Assembly: GCF_001447785.1 (NCBI RefSeq)
Contig: NW_015173123.1
Span: 284,049 to 340,090 of the forward strand
Source: Gekko japonicus
Taxonomy: Eukaryota
Length of the DNA: 56,042 nucleotides
Reading direction: 5' to 3'
Position 1 is the first letter of the stretch; every line of letters starts with the position of its first letter. This document shows positions 36,450 through 46,531 of this stretch, one piece after another. Position numbers and translations under genes: made by a program. A model generated the notes under the pieces. The model searched no databases. It was not told the DNA's origin and saw only the letters and a program-made list of their open reading frames with translations.

Positions 36450-38692
36450 AAAGAAGCAAAAATCAACAACAATACACTGGGAAAACTTGAACCATTCCAG
36501 CACCCTGATGGTTCCACAAGGAGCCATTTCCAGTGGTCATGAAATGACCCCAGGGTCACACCTAGGAAGGCGGACAATTCAGAGCTTCACTGTCAAATTA
36601 TTTCCATAGAGGGAGGAAGAATTATCCTAGTTTTAAAGATTTTTTTTGACAGCTTGAAATATCCAGACCATGTTGCTGCAGTTGATATTGCTCCTGAACA
36701 TTGGGGGATTTTTTAAAAAATGTGACAGAATTCAGGGAAATAAAGAAATAAATGTTTTTAGAAATGCCCAGTTTCTTTTCAAATGAGACCCGGAAGGTGT
36801 CACTTGGAATTCCTACTCTGGGACACACTCAACTGCATCCTTTCGCTCTGGAGTCACTGCCCTCTCCCCTTTTTCTGGAGCCACGCCATTCACCGATTCT
36901 TCTCTGCCAGTAGGAGTCTCGAATGCGTCTCCATTCCTGTTTTGTACCAGCCTTTGCCTTTGGGAGTGCCTTGCAGGATGTTTCCGTGTCAGTGGAGATG
37001 GAGCTGTCCTTTCCCTGGCTTCGGTCCCCTTTTGGGTCATGGGCAGGCAACGGATGGCTCGAATGCAGAAAAGTGGCACTCTAAAGCTGTTCGCCCAGCA
37101 ACAACAGGGCTGGCTCTTCAGCCAAGAAGTCTAGGGTTTGGCAGTGCTGATGAGGCCACAAGCACGGGGAAGGGTGAAGAGCGTAGCTTATGTCTCTCCA
37201 GTAAACCCACAGGGCTTCCACTGGGCCCAAAGCAGCATCAGGGGATTCAGCTTGCGCTCCGGGTGTCCCACCTGAAGCTGAAAACACCCCCCCCCCTTAC
37301 ATTGTGTTGAGTGGGGATCAGGTGCATGTCCTCTCTTGTTCACATGAGCCCCTGTGCATGGATGAGGCCACCAGGCAGGCAGCAGCTCCTGGGGCATACT
37401 TCAAACTGTTAGAGAATGAACTTGATATTTTACTTTATGAACTATATTTATTGCTTCACACAATGAACTGTGCACACACAAACACAGGCTCAGAGAACTG
37501 TACACTCCAAGTCACCTGTTGTGATGCAACACATAGGTGCCTGCACAAGCCTTACATGTGGAATGAGGTTTCCGTTACACAGTTGACAGCCTGGTGAAGG
37601 AGCACACACCTCCATTATTGTGAGCAGTAAGAAACAGCAGCTTTGAGAAGAGACAGACCCCATTGCAGATGTCGTTGTGATCACGTACAATACAGCCATG
37701 CTTTGTTCTACTTTAGTATTTCCTGCCAAATGGACATTTGTTTCACAAAGATGGCCAGCTTCATCTACACTTCAAGGAAGCATCCTGACGCCAGGGTTTC
37801 ACACCTGCCCAGATGTCCTTCCTTGAGTAAGGTATTAGATTTCAATATTGACCACTCCTTTAGGCAACCTCCCACTCCTATAGGCAACCAATAGGATTGT
37901 TTTTGGGACGGGCTAACAGGAAGGTGGGCCAGGAGGTTGGCACCGTCAACACCCATCTCCTGGATCTCCGATAAAAGAAGAGAACCAGTCACATGGTCTC
38001 TCTCTCTCCTACTTGATCAACTAGCATCTCCCCTGCAACAACCCGTCTGCTTTTTACTACTCTTAAGTCCCACTTGCTATCCCCAAACCCTTGCCTCTAC
38101 TGCCCACACATTCTGGCTGGTTGTGTGTGAATTTCCTTAGTTTTCCATTTCTTCCCCTCTATTCTTCATTGGAACAACCAAAGTAGCGAAGACAGATAAG
38201 TATAGCCCATCATCACCCTACCTAATGCAACTGTATTTCTAAGGAACTTGATTGAATGTGTGAGTGCATCAGTATTGTTTGTATGAGATTTATTTTCTTA
38301 AGTAAAAGACATTTATTTTAACAACACCAGCCTCGACTCCTTCTCTGGTAACCCTTGGTGGGAACAAGACCTTGGTATAGTTGACAAGAACCAGTTTATA
38401 AATTGCCAATTGCTGTAAATAAAGCAATTCGGCTAACAAAACGGCTGGTAAACCATTTCAGATTCTTGGTGGAGACTCCTTGAAGACTGACAGAGGGCAA
38501 AAGGGAAAAGTCAGCCCTCCCCCCTCCAGTTTGCCATTCCCTTTTGGCCCAGGAAATAAATACATACCGATAGGCAGAAGAAAAGTCCTTCTTGCACAGA
38601 TCACAACTCCCTTGGTTGAAAGAACTCTCATTCTTTATTCTCTTTACCCACCATATGGTTACAGACTACAGCAGAAGATACAGGATGTGCAG

Positions 38693-38698
38693 TTTATT
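38693..38698 (-). terminator. Candidate polyadenylation signal for the NCBP2-like gene
   Basis: AATAAA on the minus strand about 370 nt after the stop codon. Confidence 0.45.
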
Positions 38699-39067
38699 TA
38701 GGAATCTTTAAAAAGGAGGAAAATGAAGGATTCAGAACAGAGACAAACTAGGGCACTAAAGTCACTACACTGGAAAAGCCAGGAGAGCAAAGAGCCAGTC
38801 AAATTCCACAGCATCTCCTGTCCTAATCCAGCTAGGCCAGAGATTCTGACAACGTTGGGATTCCTCAGCTCCGCGGCTCAGGGACTGCCAGACAAGCACA
38901 TAACCCTGGAAGACTTCCCCTGCATTAGCCGGAGCGAGAAGTCCTCAAGGGCCGCTAGAGCTGCAGGTTGCCAAGAATGCTGTCAAGCCATCACTCTCCT
39001 CCCCTCCGAGTCCAGGGACACTCCTGGAAGAATCTAGACTTCCTCTTGCCCTCAGTCCAAGAAGCTG

Positions 39068-39166
39068 CTAGTAGATCACCGTCTGTTGATTCAACTTCTG
39101 CATCTGAATAATCTTGCCAAAGCCACCTCTCCCAACATCATAGTCTGTCCGGTATTCATCCCGAAT
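39068..39166 (-). CDS. NCBP2 (CBP20)-like exon 4 (stop)
   Basis: 99 nt; acceptor tttgtag|; [32 protein letters not shown]. Confidence 0.92.
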   Translation of the reverse strand: MRDEYRTDYDVGRGGFGKIIQMQKLNQQTVIY

Positions 39167-39471
39167 CTACAAAGGAAGAAAAACGAGATAAAAACAGAGA
39201 GCAACGAAGGTACAGGAACGTGCCCAGAACGATCAATCTTAGTTGGTGTCACAAGGGTTTTTTAAACCTCACCAAAGCCACAGGATGATATGGATGATAA
39301 CCTGGAATTTTTAATAATGAATTTGTCCAAGCTCAAATTGACACTGCTTTAAAACTACGGTTCCCAACAAACTGGAGAAAAGTGCCCTATTCCTTTCGCA
39401 GAAGTTTAATGAGTAGACATGAGTGGTGGAAACTTTTCATGGCATGCAGGCAAGTGACTTCACCTAGTAAA

Positions 39472-40091
39472 CTGTTGTAGTTCAGTCGCAACCCCGTGGA
39501 CCACATCACGCCAGGCCCTCCTGTCTTCCGTCGTCCTCCGGAATTTGCTCAATTTCACGTTCATTGCATCGATAACACTGTCTGACCATCTCATCCTTTG
39601 CCGTCCCCTTCTTCTTTGACCTTCAATCTTTCCCAGCATCAGGGTCTTCTCCAGTGAGTGCTCCCTGCTCATTGGGTGGCCAAAGTATTTGAGCTTCAGT
39701 TTCATTATCTGGCCTCCCAGGGAACAGAAAGGGTTGATTTCTTTTAGGATTGACTGATTTGATCTCCTTGCAGCCCAAGGGGCTCTCCTCCAACACCATA
39801 ATTCAAAAGAATCTATTATTTGGCACTTGGCCTTCCTTATAGTCCAACTCTCCCAGCCATACATGACTACTGGGAATACCATCGCTTTGACCACGACTTT
39901 TGTTGGCAGGGTAATGTCTCTGCTTTGTATTATGCTGTCTAGGTTTGCCATCACTTTCCTCCCAAGGAGCAGGCGTCTTTTAATTCCATGGCTGCCGTCA
40001 CTGTCTGCAGTGATCCTGGATCCGAGGAACGTGAAGTCTGTCACTGCTCCCACGACTTCGCCTTCTGCTTGCCAAGGAGTGATGGGGCCAG
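39472..40091 (-). mobile_element. RTE-BovB LINE 3' fragment in NCBP2-like intron 3
   Basis: FTFLGSRIT..IKRRLLLGRK..VFPVVMYGWESWT..LMLGKIEGQRRRGRQRMRW. Confidence 0.92.
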
Positions 40092-40415
40092 CCGAAGGAA
40101 CAGAACATTTTCCAGCAGGCTGTCGACAAGCCGACTTTAAATTCCCCTGATACAGTTCTGCAGCGGAGAGGGTTCACTCTTTGGCCTGGAAGAACTAGGA
40201 CTCACAGCCATGTCATTGCACCCTCTTGTTTCTGGTGCAGCATCCAACCCAGGTATTCCTTCTCACTGGATGTGCTGCACCAGCTGGACATTCACTGGCA
40301 TACCTTAGTAGGCAGCCCCAGCCTGAGCACGGGGGGCACAGCAAATATCCACACCAAAATCAGGCCCAGCCCAGCGCAATATCTCCAAGCATCCCACAAA
40401 CCTTATGCTCCTTAC

Positions 40416-40554
40416 CTGGCCACCGGTCTTCCCACGGCCATACTGCCGTCCTTCCGTGAACCCGGTATCCCAGTCTGTTCGGATCACGCGGTCATCCAGC
40501 CGGGTTCCGTTGATGAACCGCATAGAATGCTCAGCATCCGTTCTTGTGTAGTAT
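40416..40554 (-). CDS. NCBP2-like exon 3
   Basis: 139 nt, ctccag| ... |gtaagg; (E)[46 protein letters not shown]. Confidence 0.94.
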
Positions 40555-42601
40555 CTGGAGCGTTACTATAAGGAAAGACTCAGAGGACCATTTGACGAGC
40601 TGATGCTGGCTGGCCCCAAGGTAAAGAGAAGACAGGAAGAAAACTGGAGGTCTCCAAGGCTCCCAACCCCCAATAAAAAGTGAAGTAGTTCACAGCGTTA
40701 TCACCATTTGGAGAATACTAAGCGCAGTATAATGCTGAAGCTAAGCAAGTCTCTCAGCCCGGTCAGTAGGAAACGACTTCAATATCCAGTTTTACAGGAG
40801 GGATGCAGCCAGAATAAGTCACCAGATTCAAGTTCAATAAATCTTTACTTAAACATGCTAGTTCATGGGTGGCCAAACTAGTTCATGGGTGGCCATATGC
40901 AGCTCTTGGAGCTCGGAAACTTGCCACCCCCCTGCATTCCCCCCCCTTTGAAAGCCACTCCCTTCCCCTCCCCTGCCTCCTGCTGCTGGAAGAGAGTGCA
41001 GAAAAGAGAGGAGGAGAAGCAGCAGTCGTCCCAGCCGCCAGGGGAGGGATCAGCTAAGAGAGCCACCGGGCACGTTTCTGTGCGCCCTGCTCGTCGCCAG
41101 GCTACATGGTTGCCTTACCCCCCTCCATGTGCATGGGGTAACCCTAACCCTACATGGGCGTTAAACAGGAACGTGGCAAAAGGCTCTTCATGGGCCTCTT
41201 GCTGCCAGCGCCATGGGTGGTGGTGGTGTAAGGGATGCTCTGTTAGGGGGAGGGGGCCCCCCGCCAGGGTACACGGTTGCCTTCCCCCCCTCCATTTACA
41301 GTGTGATGCATATCTCAACTACAATATCCAAATATAATATAATTTGCCACTGAATAATTCTGCTCCCATTCTCTATGGACTTAATCCTCAATTTGTAATA
41401 GTTGGCTGAGCATCCTAAAACCTCCTAACAAACAGGACATTAAAAAAGTTATTAAATTCAGCTGTAGTATGGATACAGTTAACAGCTGGATTTTGTAATT
41501 TTGTAAAAGCTATATATACAAATTGATTTTCCTATATCATAGGATTCTTTGAAGTAACATTATTTATTTATATATTCTTTGGGTTAAAATTTGAAAAGAA
41601 AAAAATACATACACCTTAGTGTTTTTTAAATAAAAGTAGTCTTCATTAGTCTACAGTGTCATATTGATACAGTTTTCTGGTTGTATCTTATTGAACCGTG
41701 ACCCCTCCTGTGGTTGAAGACACAGCTGATGTACACCAAATGCCCTGGTGGGTCACAATCAGCCAAAGCGCCCCCCCCACACACACACACAGAGTAGCCT
41801 TGCATGCCCTGTGGAACTGGGGAAGGAAGGTCCCGCAAGGCACGCACCTCTTCAGGCAGCTGGTTCCACGGGACAGGAGTCACTAGTGAGAAGGCCCTCA
41901 CCCTTCTTGACACAAGGTGGAAAGTTCTTGGACCAGGGACCTTCAATAAATGCCAAGGTGAAGACTGGAGACGATGGGGAGGATCATGTCGGTATGAGGG
42001 TCCCAGGCCATTTAGGGCTTTAAAGGACAGTACCAACACTTTGAATTGGCACTGTTGCTTGGAGTGTGTCCATGGGACCATATCACTCCAGTCTTGTTCC
42101 ACCTATACTGGCTTACAGTTTGCTTCTGGCTCAATTCAAGATGCAGGTTTTGACCTTTGAAGCCCTGTTGGCCCTGGGACCCACATGCCTTAAGGACTGC
42201 CTTCTCCCATATGGACCTACCCACTCACTCTGATCATCCTTGGAGGCCCTGCCATCTGAGACTGGACAGGCGCCAACCTGGAATGGGCCTTTTTTGTCAT
42301 GGCACCAAAACGCTGGGACTCCCGCCCCAGGGAGATTTATCTCCTTCTCTCTCTCTCTTGTCTTTTGTGAGCAGCTGAAGACTTGCGTTTGCTCTGGCAT
42401 ACCCCAATAATGGTTTTTGGCCCTCCTTCTAGTGTTGTTTATTTATGTGTTTTTGATTGAATTTTAAATTCTAAACGGTACCTTAACTGCTTAAATGTTT
42501 CTATGTTCAGCACCTTGAGGACCCCAACTGGGTGGAAAGGCAGCATTAAAGTTTTAAATAATAATAACAAGTAGTTCATTCAATCCAAAGGCCAAGGATA
42601 C
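40555..42601 (-). other. U12-type (minor spliceosome) GT-AG intron
   Basis: 5' site GTATCCTT; branch-like TTTCCTTATAG shortly upstream of the CAG acceptor, with no long polypyrimidine tract. Confidence 0.85.
41730..42560. mobile_element. Two L2-type 3' remnants in opposite orientation
   Basis: Minus-strand FKVLVLSFKALNGLGPSY..RAFS..PWNQLP (41800-42050); the analogous plus-strand piece (42100-42560) ends in an AT-rich tail. Confidence 0.6.
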
Positions 42602-42783
42602 TCCACAAAGCAGAAGCCACAAGGGGTTTTCTTCACCCTGTCCAGGCCCATGACGATGCGCTTGACATCCCCACACTTGGAAAAGAGCTCATGGATTTGC
42701 TCCTCGGTGGTGTAGAAGGACAGGTTGCCCACGTAGAGGGTGGTGGAGTTCTTCAGGGATTTCAGCCGCTGGTCCCGGATGCC
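42602..42783 (-). CDS. NCBP2-like exon 2 (RRM)
   Basis: 182 nt, cctcag| ... |gtatcc; [60 protein letters not shown](E). Confidence 0.95.
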
Positions 42784-43261
42784 CTGAGGGAGGGAGGGGG
42801 GTGGACCGCGTGCCACAGACTTTCCATTCGCAGCATCATTTAACACCCAAAGCAGACATAACCCAGGGGGCGACCCGGGTCAGAAACGCCGGCCATGGCG
42901 AGGGGGGGGGGGGGGGGGGGGGGGGGTGACCCTTTGCCGGCCTCCGTCTTTCAGTCCCGCAGAAGCCAAACGGGTGAGGGCCCCGAGACGTCTCCTGGCG
43001 CTCCCGCCTGGCGCCATTCCCCAGGAAGGCCAGGGCACGAGGCCGCCCGAGGGAGACGCCTGGCCAGGCAGGCAGGCAAGGGGCGCCCCGCAGCCCCGAG
43101 GGGAGGGGCGCCCCCCAGGCGCCCTCACGCCGACCCGGCCCCGCCTTCCCCGCGCGAGGGGCCCGGCAGCACGTCCCGCCCGGGAGCGCCGGACGAAGGC
43201 CCTCCGAGAGGCCCGCCCGTCCGTCCGTCCCCCCGGAGGGCGCCCCCGCCCGCCCGCCCAC

Positions 43262-43348
43262 CTTGAAGCGCTGGTCCCAGTAGTCGCCGATCTCGCAGTA
43301 CGAGTCGCTGCTCAGGCCCCGCAGCGTCGTGCTCAGGACGGCCGACAT
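43262..43348 (-). CDS. NCBP2-like exon 1 (start)
   Basis: ATG at 43348 in context GCCGAGATG; MSAVLSTTLRGLSSDSYCEIGDYWDQRFK; donor gtgggc. Confidence 0.9.
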
Positions 43349-43616
43349 CTCGGCCCTCCGCCTCCGCGCCACGCACGCGCGCCCGAGCGGCTCACTGGCC
43401 CCGCCCCCTCCGGCGTCACACCGCGAGGCCCGAGAAGAGCCAATCCGGGGTCGCCTCCCGCGCAGGGGCGGGTCGCTTTGTCGCAGGGCATGCTGGGAGC
43501 CGTAGTCCCCCCTCGCCTTCTCGGGGAATCAGGGGCGGGGCCCGCCGGCGCCCAGAGGGCCGGGGGGGGGGGGTGTCCTCGCTGCTGCCTCCCCTTATCC
43601 CCCCCCCCCCCCCCCT
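43349..43616 (-). promoter_or_regulatory. CpG-island promoter of the NCBP2-like gene
   Basis: GC boxes; CCAAT (~43440); ZNF143 SBS GGACTACGGCTCCCAGCATGCCC on the minus strand at ~43486-43508. Confidence 0.75.
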
Positions 43617-43701
43617 NNNNNNNNNNNNNNNNNNNNNNNNNNNNNNNNNNNNNNNNNNNNNNNNNNNNNNNNNNNNNNNNNNNNNNNNNNNNNNNNNNNN
43701 N

Positions 43702-43915
43702 CTATTAGCCACAAGGTAGGGGCTCTGGGGCAAGGGATGCTCTGTCATCTTGGTGCTGGGGGGGGGGTCAACAGTGGGAGGGGGCTTCTAGTGTCCTGGC
43801 CCCACTGGTGGACCTCCTGATGGCCCCTGATATTTCTGGCCGCTGTGTGACACGGAGTGTTGGACTGGATGGGCCTTTGGCCTGATCCAACATTGGCATC
43901 TCTTATGTTCTTATG
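43702..43915 (+). mobile_element. CR1 3' UTR, same subfamily as 3960-5438
   Basis: Near-identical to 5220-5438; ends tcttatgttcttatg; abuts an N-gap. Confidence 0.9.
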
Positions 43916-44052
43916 AATTCAATTAAGACTGAGGCAATGCCTTGGAAATGAGGACGGGGTAAAACTCGGATCTAGGTGATTTTAAACGGATCTTCAAATT
44001 CACTACCAAATCTTCATAGATCCAGGGGATTTTTTCACTTAGGTCACCCCAA

Positions 44053-44384
44053 GGTAAAGGTTTCCCTTGCCCAAAAGCCAGTCAAATCTGACTCTAGGGT
44101 CATCTGCGTTTCCAAGCCAAAGAACCAACACTGTCCGAAGACTTCTCCGGGGTCATGTGGCGGGCATGACTAAATGTGGAGGCGCACGGAGCGCTGTTAC
44201 CTTCCCACCGAAGTGGTCCCTGTTTATCTACTTGCAATTTCTTGCTTTCGAACTGCTAGGCTGGCAGGAGCTGGGGCCAGAGAAGGAGCTGACTCCCTCA
44301 GGCGGCATTAGGGTCTCCCAACTGCCGAGCTACCGACCTTCCAGTCTGCAGCTCAGCATCTTAACCTCTCAGCCACTGTGGCCC
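44053..44384 (-). mobile_element. Sauria SINE
   Basis: ggtaaaggtttccc...gtcatgtggc..catgact...gctgttaccttcccaccgaagtggtccct...tgctttcgaactgctagg; 13-bp TSD taggtcaccccaa (44040-44052 and 44385-44397). Confidence 0.85.
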
Positions 44385-46530
44385 TAGGTCACCCCAACCT
44401 CATAATCAAATCACATATCATGTCCATAGCCACAGATTTCACCACAAAGATCAGTCATCCACTGCTTTGTGGTACTGCAATGGTGCAAAAACATGGTTCC
44501 GAGGCACGGATCCCCATGTATCCTCAGGATTTTTTGATTGGGTCACCCCAAACGCACCATCAAATCACATATCTTGTACATAGCCACAGACTGCACCACA
44601 AAAATCACACATCTACCACTTTGTGGCACTGCCATATCACAAAAATATGGTTCTGAAGCACAGATTCTCAGAGATCCCCGGATGTTTGCATTCCATCACC
44701 CTCAACTCACCATCAGATCACTACAAAAATAATGGACCCATTACTTTGTGGTACCTGCAGTAGTGCAAAAACATTGTTCCAAAGCACGGGTCCTCATGGA
44801 TCCCTAGGATTTTTGCATTGGGACATCCCCAAACTCACCATCAAATCACATATGAAAGTTTTTACTGTTGTTCACCACCCTGAGCCTTGTGTACTCAGGT
44901 CTGCTGGTTTGTGGTGCCGCCCCAGCACCAAAATGTAGTTCCAAAGCACGGATCCCCGTGGATACTATGGATTTTTACTTCCAGTTACCCCAGATCATTA
45001 TCCAATCACATAGCCATGGCCACATTTAACACCACAGAAATCTCTGAATCTACATCTCTGTGGCTCCGCCATGGAACAAAAATGTGGTTCCAAACAAACT
45101 GATCCTCATGGATTCTCAGAATTTGTGCATTTGGTCACCTTCAACTCATGACCAATTTACATATAATGTCTGTAGCCACAGATCTTTCATGGATCCATTT
45201 CTTTGTGGTGTTGCCATGGTGCAAATCCATGGTTCCAAAGCATGGATCCTCAGGATTTTTGTGTTGGTTTAGCCCAGACTCACCATCAATTTGTTGTTGT
45301 TCAGTCGCACAGTCGAGTCCGACTCTTCGCGACCCCATGGACTAGATCCCGCCAGGCCCTCCTGTCTTCCGCTGTCCTCTGAAGTTTGCTCAGTTTCATG
45401 TTTGTTGCATCTCTGACACTGTCTAACCATCTCATCCTTTGCCGTCCCGTCTTCTTTGACCTTCAGTCTTTCCCAGCATCAGGGTCTTCTCCAGTGAGTG
45501 CTCCCTTCTCATTTGGTGGCCAAAGTATTTGAGCTTCATTTTCATTATCTGGCCTTCCAGGGAACAGTCAGGGTTGATTTCTTTTAGGATTGACTGATTT
45601 GATCTTCTTGCAGTCCAAGGGACTCTCAAGAGTCTTCTCCAGCACCATAGTTCAAAAGAATCTATTCTTCGGCGCTCGGCCTTCCTTATAGTCCAACTCT
45701 CGGAGCCATACATGACTACTGGGAATACCATTGCTTTGACCATGCGGACTTTTGTTGGCAGGGTGATGTCTCTACTTTTTATCATGCTGTTTAGGTTCGC
45801 CATCGCTTTCCTCCCAAGTAGCAGGCGTCTTTTAATTTCATGGCTGCAGTCACAGTCTGCGGTGATTTGGGATCCCAGGAACGTGAAGTCTGTCACTACT
45901 TCCACAACCCCCTTCTATTTGCCAAGGAGTGATGGGACCGGATGCCATGATCTTAGTTTTTTTGATGTTGAGCTTCAAGCCCACTTTTGCGCTCTCCTCT
46001 TTTACCCTGAGCAAGAGGCTCTTTAGGTCCTCTTCACTTTCTGCCATTAGAGTGGTATCGTCTGCATATCTGAGGTTGTTGATCTTTTCCCCAGCAATCT
46101 TAATTCCCGCTTGTGATTCATCCAGGCCAGCATTTCGCATGATGTACTCTGCATATATATTAAATAAGCAAGGTGACAATATACATCCTTGTCGTACTCC
46201 TTTTCCTATGCTAAACCAATCAGTTGTTCCATATCCGGTTCTAACTGTTGCTTCTTGACCCTTATACAGGTTTCTCAAGAGACATGTGAGGTGGTCTGGT
46301 ACTCCCATCTCTTTAAGGACCTGCCATAGTTTGTTGTGATCCACACAGTCAAAGGCTTTAGCATAGTCAATGAAGCAGAAGCACCATCAATTACTTATCT
46401 CCATACCAACAGATTACAACACAAAAATAATGAATCCACTGTTTTATGGCAGTGCCACGGCACAAAAATATGGTTTTGAAGCACAGATCCTCACGGATCC
46501 TAATGATTTTTGCATTTTGTCACTCATATT
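44385..46530. repeat. Diverged ~150-bp tandem array, about 7 units, interrupted by BovB
   Basis: Recurring ggtcacccca..catcaaatcacata..agccacaga..ctttgtgg..aaaa..tggttcc..agcacggatcc..ggatttt; first two units start at ~44387 and ~44541. Confidence 0.8.
45292..46381 (-). mobile_element. RTE-BovB LINE, 5'-truncated
   Basis: GVRQGCILSPCLFN, NLRYADDTTL and VFPVVMYGSESWT; (CAA)n tail; 11-bp TSD caccatcaatt (45281-45291 and 46382-46392). Confidence 0.93.
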
Positions 46531-46531
46531 C

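Noticed and set aside
36800-38600. Hidden gene or TMEM97 last exon between IFT20 and the NCBP2-like gene
   Set aside because: No translation resembles the TMEM97 C-terminus or any protein I recognise.
43410-43446. Sterol response element plus CCAAT upstream of the NCBP2-like gene
   Set aside because: GTCACACCGC is only a loose SRE match and is expected by chance in a CpG island.
44385-45290. CRISPR-like array
   Set aside because: Eukaryotic context; whole units are homologous, with no unique spacers and no cas genes.
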